Origin: an uncultured Draconibacterium sp.
GTDB taxonomy: Bacteria > Bacteroidota > Bacteroidia > Bacteroidales > Prolixibacteraceae
Assembly (NCBI GenBank): GCA_963677525.1
Contig: OY781970.1
Coordinates: forward strand, 5,894,802 to 5,926,801
DNA: 32,000 nt
Reading direction: 5' to 3'
A model generated the notes under the pieces. It made no database searches, had not been told where the DNA came from, and saw nothing but the letters and a program-made list of their open reading frames with translations. Below are positions 25,421 through 32,000 of this stretch, piece after piece. Positions within the stretch are counted from its first letter, which is position 1. Each line of letters starts with the position of its first letter. Position numbers and translations under genes: made by a program.

Positions 25421-28400
25421 ATGAGAAAAAAGTGGAAATACATACTGATAGTTTTAATGGCACTCGTGCTGTTATTTATATCGTTGTTGTTATTGACACA
25501 GACCTCTTTTTTCAGGGAAAAAGTAAAAATTCAGGTGGTAAAGCTGGTAGAAGAACAGCTGAAAATGGATTTTGAAATTGAGGCAATTGAAGGGAATTTC
25601 TACAATAATTTAATCCTGAAAGAAGTAAAACTGGCTGATGCCGATTCACTGCTCGCCTCGTTTGGCAGTTTAAAAATTAACTACGAGTTGATTCCGCTTT
25701 TAAAAAAGACAATTTACATCGATTCTGTTATTCTTGTGAATCCCCAAATTAACCTGTGGCAGAAAGCCGATAGTTCCTGGAATTTCAACACTATAGTAGC
25801 ATCCGACGACGAAACACCTGCAAAAAAGAGTAAAAGTTTTCCTTTTGAAATAAGCGTTGAACATGCTGCGATTAAAGATGGAGAGATAAACATTTCGTCA
25901 TTCACTGACATTGTTCCCGCAAAACTTGCTGATATTAACCTGGTTGCCGGCGCTTCTTTTTGTAAAAATGAAACTGCAATCCGGTTAAACAGCTTTGATT
26001 TAAGGGCGCAAAATCCAGCTATTGAGTTAAAAAAATTCAGCGGTATTTGTAAAATGAATCAAAAGGGGATTCAGGTAGACAGCCTGCTTTTTGTTGCCGG
26101 AAATTCAACTATCGACTTCCACGGAAAATATCAGTCGCCTGAAAATCTGGCGGGGAAAATAGATTCAGCTAAAATAAATAAAAACGATCTGTCCATTTTT
26201 GTGCCATCGTTTAAATTGTTGTGTTCTCCGGGTTTTAAAGTTGATTTCGTTGCTTTAAATGATTCTGTTTCTGCACACGTGCAACTTAATCACAATGAAC
26301 AGTTACTTGCAGCAGAAATTTCTTTTGAGTCTTTAACCAACCTGCAATCTTCGGATAAAAAGGTTCCATATTTTGCACAGATCAATTTCGATAAATTCCG
26401 TGTAAACGACTGGATAGAAACTGGATCGCAAAAAGGATTGGTGAACGGAAGTCTGGAAATTAATGGTGAAAACCTCACCGATTTTAACGCACGGGCACAA
26501 ATAAAAGGTGAATTCGAAAATTCGGAGTATAACGATTTGACTTTGGATTCGATCTTGCTCAACGGAATTTATACCGGCGACAGTATTGAAGCTGACATTT
26601 CTCTTTGTTCTGATTTTGGTGCATTTTGGGTGGATGGGAAACTGATTAATTCTGAAATCCCTGAATATAAAGTCAGGGTTGATTTGGAGAACCTGGAACT
26701 GACGAAATTTGTGCCCGAACTTTTACGTACCACTTTAAACGGAAGGGTGGAAGCAGAAGGAAAAGGATTTAATCCTGAAGATTTTGTGACAGAGGCGAGT
26801 GTAAATCTTGTTGGTAGTTCGGTGTATCAAATTCCCATCGACAGTTTGGATGCGCAACTTACTCTGAAAAAAAATAATCTTGATATTGATTCGATTATTC
26901 TGTTTGCTCCCGGTGCATTTGTTTCCGGACGCGGGCAGCTGAATTTCGATTCGCTTTATCTGAACTCTTCGGTTTATGGCGATATTACATCCTTACAAAT
27001 GATTGATTCTTTTGTTGATTTGCCTGTTGCTTTCAAAACTGCATCAACAAGTGCTACTATAAAAGGCCCGGTTGCGGCACTCGAAATAGTTGGCGATGTT
27101 GATCTGTTTAATGCAGATGCGTACTCGCTAAAAGGAGATTCTCTTCAGGGAATTTATAATGTGGCTATAAAAGGCGATTCTACTACTGTTGATTTGGATG
27201 CAGCTGTCTTTGGTGTAAAAACAGGATCGGTTGATGTGGACACCGTTTTTGTTGATTTTGGCTACACCACTGATTTTATGGATATAGCTGCAGATGTACG
27301 TTGGAAAGATGTGCTGCAGGCCCGGTTGGGCAGTCGGATCAGCATCGGGGATACCTTGTCGGTTGATGTCTCAGATTTTGAGATGAATACAGTGCTGGCC
27401 AATTTCTACCTGCCCGATACTTTGCGGGCGCGTTTGTATAATAATGAAAAGCTGGAGATTGAAAATTTAATCTTGAAGGATCGTAAACGCGATGATTTTG
27501 TTTTTTCTGCTAACGGCAATATTTCTATTAACGATACGTGCAATTTTCATGTTGAAGCAAATCAGTTTGATCTTAGTCAGCTGAACCGTTTTTTAGACGA
27601 ACAGAATCCTTTAAAAGGGTATTTGAAATCCGATATTTCTATTGGTGGAGTTTCTGCTAAACCTTTAATTAATGGGCAGATTGAAATAAAAGATCCCGGA
27701 TTTGGTCCATATGTTGTTTCTTCAATGAAATCGAATTTTTCATATAAGGATGAAAACGGATTTGTTGAGCTTTCCATCCCCGATATGGGCGATTCATTCT
27801 ATGCCAGCATCAGTGCTCCACTTAAAATTTCTTTAGATTCATCGAACTTTGTTTTTGATCCTCCAAAAGAATATAACGGTTTGCTGGTTTTCGACTCATT
27901 CGATGTCTCAGAAATCTTCAGTTCGTTTACTCCCGGCGATAGCATTAGCGGATTGCTAAACGGAAAGATCGAGGCCAAAGGGGAAATTCAGAAACCGCTT
28001 GTTTGTGGCAATCTTGATTTTACTGATGGATATTATTACAACGAAGATCTGGGGATTGATTACAATGATATTGCAGCATCGCTTTCGTTCGATGGTAATT
28101 CTGTTGATATCGATACTTTTTTGGTTCGGCAAAAAAATGGTATGATTTCGGTTTATGGAGAACTGGATTTTGACTCAACACTTGTTAAGGGCGAAATTAC
28201 AAGTTCGTCGTTGCAGGTAGATGCAAATAAGTTTCTACTTACCAAGCATCGCAACTACGAGATTGTACTAGATGCAAATACTTTTATAAAATCTAAAAAT
28301 CAAAGCCCGGAGTTTGGAGGAAAAGTAAAGGTTGTCCGGTCTGATTTGTATTTACCTGCTTTAATGTCGGAATCTCAATCCGATGTCGAAAATGATGTTC

Positions 28401-29269
28401 CTCTTTTGGTTCAGGCAATACAAACACCAAAAGATTCAACAGAACAAATTCCGGGAGAAAAATCGCCTAAGAAAGCAAAAGAAAAACAGAGTTATGCATT
28501 CGTTGATCAGTTGACCGGCCGCCTGGAAGTTGAAATCCCCAGGAATACCTGGATAAAAAGTGACGACATGCGTATAGAGTTAAGCGGAGAACTGGAGATT
28601 GCGAAAAGCGGTCCATATTTCGAACTGTTTGGCAACATTGAGGTAATTCGGGGACAGTACATTCTATATGGCAGAAAGCTTAATATAAACGAGAGCGAAA
28701 TTATTTTTCAGGGTGGTGAGGAAATGGATCCCACATTAAATATTGAGGCAGAATATGTTTTTAGGGGAAGCGATAAGGTAAAACGTTACCTTACATTAAA
28801 TGTAACCGGGGAACTTTCGGAACCGGAAATTACATTTTTGCTCGACGGTACTGAAATTTCAGAAACCGATGGTGTGTCTGTTTTAATTTTTGGGGCAACC
28901 AGCGATGAAATCGGGTACGGAGGACAGAACGGTCTGCTCAATTCCATTGGATCAAATGCCCTGACCAGCCTTATTTCTTCGCAACTGAGCCGGACAATTG
29001 GCTCGCAGTTAAATCTCGATATGATTGAAGTTACCACTACCGAAAACTGGCAAAGTGCTGCCTTCGTTGTTGGTAAATACATAACCAACGATATTTTCGT
29101 TATTTATCAGCGTGGTTTTGGCGAAGAGAGTGGCGATGAAATCACGCCCGAAACAGTTACCATTGAGTACGAAATAAACGATAAACTATTCCTCCGGTTA
29201 CAAAGTGGGAATTCTAAGGACTCGGGTGTAGACATTATCTTGAAATTTGAAGAAGAGAACGACAAATGA
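25421..29269 (+). CDS. TamB-like translocation and assembly module protein (AsmA-like, DUF490 C-terminus)
   Basis: ATG 25421 lies 4 nt after the TamA-like stop and gives MRKKWKYILIVLMALVLLFISLLLL (N-terminal membrane anchor). The protein is about 1282 aa and repetitive beta-rich. Its C-terminus (GNIEVIRGQYILYGRKLNINESEIIFQGGEEMDPTLNIEAEY) is typical of TamB/DUF490. The ORF-track start at 25238 lies inside the upstream gene. Confidence 0.75.
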   Translation: MRKKWKYILIVLMALVLLFISLLLLTQTSFFREKVKIQVVKLVEEQLKMDFEIEAIEGNFYNNLILKEVKLADADSLLASFGSLKINYELIPLLKKTIYIDSVILVNPQINLWQKADSSWNFNTIVASDDETPAKKSKSFPFEISVEHAAIKDGEINISSFTDIVPAKLADINLVAGASFCKNETAIRLNSFDLRAQNPAIELKKFSGICKMNQKGIQVDSLLFVAGNSTIDFHGKYQSPENLAGKIDSAKINKNDLSIFVPSFKLLCSPGFKVDFVALNDSVSAHVQLNHNEQLLAAEISFESLTNLQSSDKKVPYFAQINFDKFRVNDWIETGSQKGLVNGSLEINGENLTDFNARAQIKGEFENSEYNDLTLDSILLNGIYTGDSIEADISLCSDFGAFWVDGKLINSEIPEYKVRVDLENLELTKFVPELLRTTLNGRVEAEGKGFNPEDFVTEASVNLVGSSVYQIPIDSLDAQLTLKKNNLDIDSIILFAPGAFVSGRGQLNFDSLYLNSSVYGDITSLQMIDSFVDLPVAFKTASTSATIKGPVAALEIVGDVDLFNADAYSLKGDSLQGIYNVAIKGDSTTVDLDAAVFGVKTGSVDVDTVFVDFGYTTDFMDIAADVRWKDVLQARLGSRISIGDTLSVDVSDFEMNTVLANFYLPDTLRARLYNNEKLEIENLILKDRKRDDFVFSANGNISINDTCNFHVEANQFDLSQLNRFLDEQNPLKGYLKSDISIGGVSAKPLINGQIEIKDPGFGPYVVSSMKSNFSYKDENGFVELSIPDMGDSFYASISAPLKISLDSSNFVFDPPKEYNGLLVFDSFDVSEIFSSFTPGDSISGLLNGKIEAKGEIQKPLVCGNLDFTDGYYYNEDLGIDYNDIAASLSFDGNSVDIDTFLVRQKNGMISVYGELDFDSTLVKGEITSSSLQVDANKFLLTKHRNYEIVLDANTFIKSKNQSPEFGGKVKVVRSDLYLPALMSESQSDVENDVPLLVQAIQTPKDSTEQIPGEKSPKKAKEKQSYAFVDQLTGRLEVEIPRNTWIKSDDMRIELSGELEIAKSGPYFELFGNIEVIRGQYILYGRKLNINESEIIFQGGEEMDPTLNIEAEYVFRGSDKVKRYLTLNVTGELSEPEITFLLDGTEISETDGVSVLIFGATSDEIGYGGQNGLLNSIGSNALTSLISSQLSRTIGSQLNLDMIEVTTTENWQSAAFVVGKYITNDIFVIYQRGFGEESGDEITPETVTIEYEINDKLFLRLQSGNSKDSGVDIILKFEEENDK

Positions 29270-29350
29270 TGTAAAATAGGATAAATCAAAACGTTTCTTT
29301 AACGCAAAGAAAACTGAACCCGGTATCACAAATATCTTATTGTGTTTAAT

Positions 29351-29548
29351 TCTGTGATGCACTATAATTAACAGTTAATTAAATAATTATGAAATAAATA
29401 TATTTATGTTTTATATTATTGATATATTATTATGTTTGTATTATACCTATCTGTGTGTTACTATAATTAACCTTAAATAAATTATTATGAAATCAAAAAT
29501 TTTATGTTCTATCATGCTGACAATTATCGGCATGTGTTTTTTTAGTTG
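29351..29548 (+). repeat. imperfect tandem duplication (period about 99 bp) of the lipoprotein gene's upstream region plus first codons
   Basis: Copy 1 starts at 29351: TCTGTGATGCACTATAATTAACAGTTAATTAAATAATTATGAAATAAATATATTTATGTTTTATATTATTGA. Copy 2 starts at 29450: TCTGTGTGTTACTATAATTAACCTTAAATAAATTATTATGAAATCAAAAATTTTATGTTCTATCATGCTGA. Shared blocks are TCTGTG, ACTATAATTAAC, ATTATGAAAT and TTTATGTT. Copy 2 contains the real start codon. Copy 1 reads ATG AAA TAA. Confidence 0.6.
29431..29438 (+). promoter_or_regulatory. candidate -7 box TATGTTTG (TAnnTTTG) upstream of the lipoprotein gene
   Basis: Exact TAnnTTTG match 48 nt upstream of ATG 29487, inside the duplicated AT-rich region. Confidence 0.35.
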
Positions 29549-30443
29549 TGACAGTGGCGATGATGATGGGGCCGCATTAGAAGAATTTAAACGAAAATTT
29601 TTTAATGTTGAGAATGCCAACTTTAAGGTAGGTGACTTCCCGAGCACTACAAGTGTTGATCTGGATATTTCAGATATTTCCGGCAACCCATATGTTCTGG
29701 CAGGCGGTGGTAATATTGTGTCGGTTAGTGCCTATAGTCAGGCAGTTAGAGAGTTGCTGATAGGTGTTCAAGGTGAAGATGGTTTTTTTAGTTTGCCTGT
29801 TTCTACGTCGGGTTCTGGTAGTTTTGAGAAGAGCTTTACGATTCAAACAAGTCAGGAAATTGACGGGGGATTTGTAATTCTTGTCGCCTTAAAAGATGCG
29901 AATGGTGACGTGGGGACTCATGACAGGTTTAGTGTGGAGTATTTGGAAGCGGGAACCGGTCTTTTGCAAGTTAGTGTTGTTTGGGATCAGTTAACCGATG
30001 TTGATCTTCACCTTTTAGAACCGGGAGGTGAGGAAATTTATTGGGCAAATGATGTCTCTGAGAATGGAGGAGAGCTTGATGTGGATAGTAATCCTGACTG
30101 TGATATTGATTATATAAATAATGAAAATATTTTTTATTCTGAAAATGACATTGTTGAAGGAGGAGAATATGTTGTAGGAGTCGATCTTTTTTCTGCTTGT
30201 GTCTCTGCGAAAACGAATTATAGTGTAAGTGCTTGGTATAACGGAGTAGCAGTTAAACCAACTTACGGAACAAACCCATATAGCGGAGTGCTTAACCCGT
30301 CAGATGTTGATGAAATGGCTGTGCCTATGAGATTTCGTGTTGAAGGGAATAAGTCGGTGAGGGTAATAAAATATGGATTCTCTTCAAAACCAGAAACAAA
30401 ATCGAGTGTAATTAAAGAAGGAGGTAATACTCTTAAGAAGTAA
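29487..30443 (+). CDS. lipoprotein, hypothetical, with a C-terminal DUF2135/YfaP-like segment
   Basis: 318-aa ORF. It has a lipoprotein signal (MKSKILCSIMLTIIGMCFFSC, lipobox-like FFSC) followed by an acidic DSGDDDG tail. The C-terminal block VSVVWDQLTDVDLHLLEPGGEEIYWAN...GGELDVDSNPDC resembles, from memory, the DUF2135 pattern. Confidence 0.7.
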   Translation: MKSKILCSIMLTIIGMCFFSCDSGDDDGAALEEFKRKFFNVENANFKVGDFPSTTSVDLDISDISGNPYVLAGGGNIVSVSAYSQAVRELLIGVQGEDGFFSLPVSTSGSGSFEKSFTIQTSQEIDGGFVILVALKDANGDVGTHDRFSVEYLEAGTGLLQVSVVWDQLTDVDLHLLEPGGEEIYWANDVSENGGELDVDSNPDCDIDYINNENIFYSENDIVEGGEYVVGVDLFSACVSAKTNYSVSAWYNGVAVKPTYGTNPYSGVLNPSDVDEMAVPMRFRVEGNKSVRVIKYGFSSKPETKSSVIKEGGNTLKK

Positions 30444-30465
30444 TAATCTCGTTTAATGATATAAT

Positions 30466-30500
30466 ATGCCATTCTCTCTTTCTGGGGAATGGCATTTTTG
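30466..30500. terminator. intrinsic-terminator-like hairpin between convergent genes
   Basis: ATGCCATTC (30466-30474) pairs with GAATGGCAT (30487-30495), with an extra U-G at 30475/30486 and a 10-nt loop. TTTTGTTT follows on the plus strand. It lies 23 nt after the lipoprotein stop and about 25 nt beyond the AraC stop. Confidence 0.65.
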
Positions 30501-30519
30501 TTTCCAATAGAAATTCGTA

Positions 30520-31380
30520 TTAGTTCGCCCTATTGCGATAATTACGCGGCGACATTCCCATTTTTTTCGTAAAATCTTTTGTAAAATAATAAGGATCGGT
30601 GTAACCCAGTTTAAACGAAATTTCTTTCACCTTCACTTTTGTATAGTCGAGGTATTCGCAGGCTTTCAGAATTTTAAGGTGTGAAAAATAGCTGATGGGC
30701 GAGTAGTTGGTTTCCTTTTTAAACAGGTTAATTAAATAAGTGGATGAATACCCGACTTCATTTGCTAACTCGTTTAATGTTAGTTTTTTATCGAGATTCT
30801 TGTTCAGGAAGTTAATTGTCCGGTTTACCACCGGATTGGCCTCTGCCTCAACATCGTCGCTGGTGCGGTTGGCATAAATAAACGTAGCAAGCAGGTGCCC
30901 AAAACAAAAGTTAATGTATTGCAGATTTTCATCGTGGAAACCTTTCGAAAGATTGTTGAAAATTTCGTCGAAAAGCATTTCACGGTTGGCAACCATATTG
31001 TTTACCGATGGAATCAGGTTTCGCACAAGTGCAAATTCTTTTCCCAGCCGCATGGCTTTCCATCCGTCAAAATAGGTTATTAATAAGCGAGAATCGATAT
31101 CGAGCACCGAGTAAAATTTGAACGAAACCCCTTTGGGAATAATATAGAACTGGTCGTTCGAAACCGGGATCTGTTCATTATCTATTACAACAAAACCATT
31201 TCCCTTTGTGCAGTACACCAGTAAATATTTTTCCAGCGGCTGAGCCGATCCCCAGATAGTGCCCTGTTCCACCTCAATTTCGCCGGTTTCGGTTATGAAT
31301 AGATCCAGCACCAGCGGATTTCGGCGCTGTTCGTTAATCAATGGAGGAGGAATGATATAATACCTGTTTTTCTTTATCAT
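30520..31380 (-). CDS. AraC-family transcriptional regulator (N-terminal cupin-like sensor, C-terminal double HTH)
   Basis: 286-aa ORF. The C-terminus (LTLNELANEVGYSSTYLINLFKKETNYSPISYFSHLKILKACEYL...EISFKLGYTDPYYFTKDFTKKMGMSPRNYR) is a canonical AraC/XylS HTH pair. Confidence 0.85.
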   Translation of the reverse strand: MIKKNRYYIIPPPLINEQRRNPLVLDLFITETGEIEVEQGTIWGSAQPLEKYLLVYCTKGNGFVVIDNEQIPVSNDQFYIIPKGVSFKFYSVLDIDSRLLITYFDGWKAMRLGKEFALVRNLIPSVNNMVANREMLFDEIFNNLSKGFHDENLQYINFCFGHLLATFIYANRTSDDVEAEANPVVNRTINFLNKNLDKKLTLNELANEVGYSSTYLINLFKKETNYSPISYFSHLKILKACEYLDYTKVKVKEISFKLGYTDPYYFTKDFTKKMGMSPRNYRNRAN

Positions 31381-31489
31381 TGAAAAAAGAATTAATCAGA
31401 AAAGTAAAATTGCGAAATAATGAATAAATACAGTAATATTTTCCATCTTTTTCTAAAAAATTACTATTTTTTCAGGCGTTAATCGCATT

Positions 31490-31497
31490 TATTTTTG
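31490..31497 (+). promoter_or_regulatory. candidate -7 box TATTTTTG (TAnnTTTG) upstream of the corrinoid protein gene
   Basis: Exact TAnnTTTG match 28 nt upstream of ATG 31526, in the AraC/corrinoid divergent intergenic region. Confidence 0.4.
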
Positions 31498-31525
31498 TGT
31501 AAAATCATAATCCAGAATTTAAACC

Positions 31526-32000
31526 ATGAGTGAACTATTATCAAAGATTGCAGATTGTATCGAGTTTGGAAAAATAAATAAAGCGGCTCCGTTTCCTCCG
31601 CAAATGAAAGGGCAGGATGGAGCCGACGAGTTGACTGCCCAGGCCATTTCCGAAGGTGTGAGTGCCCAGGATATTCTTACAAAAGGATTGATGGTGGGAA
31701 TGGAAAAAATCGGTGTGAAATTCCGCGAAAATAAAGTTTTCGTTCCGCAGGTATTAATGTCGGCAAAGGCAATGAGCACAGCAATGGTACACCTGAAACC
31801 GTTTTTCGCTTCGGGCGATGTAAAACAAAAAGGTACATTTATAATTGGTACCGTTGAAGGCGATTTGCACGATATTGGCAAAAATCTGGTATCGATGATG
31901 GTGGAAGGAAACGGTTACAAAGTAATTGATCTTGGTACCGATGTGAAAGCTGAAACATTTATTGAGGCGTTAAAAGAGAACAAAGACGCATTTGTGGGCT
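31526..32000 (+). CDS. corrinoid (cobalamin)-binding protein, methyltransferase-cognate type, 3'-truncated by the window edge
   Basis: This gene is not in the ORF track because it has no stop in the window. I translated it by hand from ATG 31526: MSELLSKIADCIEFGKINKAAPFPPQMKGQDGADELTAQAISEGVSAQDILTKGLMVGMEKIGVKFRENKVFVPQVLMSAKAMSTAMVHLKPFF...KGTFIIGTVEGDLHDIGKNLVSMMVEGNGYKVIDLGTDV. It shows a B12-binding cap helix bundle followed by the DxHxxG cobalamin-ligand motif (GDLHDIGKN). The listed antisense ORF 31519..31881 is its shadow. Confidence 0.8.
   Translation, partial: MSELLSKIADCIEFGKINKAAPFPPQMKGQDGADELTAQAISEGVSAQDILTKGLMVGMEKIGVKFRENKVFVPQVLMSAKAMSTAMVHLKPFFASGDVKQKGTFIIGTVEGDLHDIGKNLVSMMVEGNGYKVIDLGTDVKAETFIEALKENKDAFVG

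Noticed and set aside
31519-31881. 120-aa minus-strand ORF from the ORF track
   Set aside because: It lies antisense to a plus-strand frame that carries a clear cobalamin-binding DxHxxG motif and runs open to the window edge. The minus-strand product has no recognisable motif, so it is a shadow ORF.
1-32000. By-eye search for CRISPR arrays, tRNA/rRNA genes, transposases/integrases, IS inverted repeats, toxin-antitoxin or defence-system genes
   Set aside because: I found no regularly spaced repeats, no cloverleaf-like GC-rich segments in the intergenic regions, and no ORF with recombinase, nuclease or ATPase defence-type motifs. Every large ORF is explained by the biosynthetic, envelope or regulatory calls above. 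A covariance-model scan (tRNAscan-SE/Infernal) would be needed to exclude small RNAs.

Overview
The window looks like a Bacteroidota chromosome: it is AT-rich, has TAnnTTTG-type promoter boxes, shows little reliance on Shine-Dalgarno sequences, and encodes a DUF5686-type protein and a lipoprotein with an acidic tail after the lipidated Cys. Nt 1-23143 form a flexirubin/aryl-polyene-type type II PKS/FAS-like lipid-pigment locus built as two convergent arms. The minus arm (23143 down to 9290) has 16 tightly packed genes: a tyrosine/histidine ammonia-lyase (MIO enzyme), FabG-type ketoreductase, three Cys-His-His ketosynthases, two degenerate KS-like partners, two ACPs, a hotdog dehydratase-like protein, a 4HBT thioesterase, an LpxL-type acyltransferase, a B12-binding radical SAM enzyme, a 4-TM EamA-like protein, a small beta-barrel protein and an Omp85-like protein. 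The plus arm (1-9275) has tandem CrtI-like FAD oxidoreductases, a second B12-binding radical SAM enzyme, a 125-aa orphan, a PaaK/F390-synthetase-like ligase, a PlsC-like acyltransferase and a DUF5686 outer-membrane protein. There is no enoyl reductase, which fits a polyene product. DarA/DarB, a classical 4-coumarate ligase and LolA/MMPL/ABC export genes are all absent from the window, so this may not be a textbook flexirubin cluster. The B12-rSAM plus CrtI-like plus FAS-like combination resembles loci flagged bioinformatically as ladderane-type. Downstream lie a TamA/TamB-like pair (23590-29269), a lipoprotein whose 5' region carries a decayed ~99-bp tandem duplication, an AraC-family regulator, and a 3'-truncated corrinoid-binding protein gene that the ORF track misses. 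I saw no rRNA, tRNA, CRISPR array, transposase or integrase.
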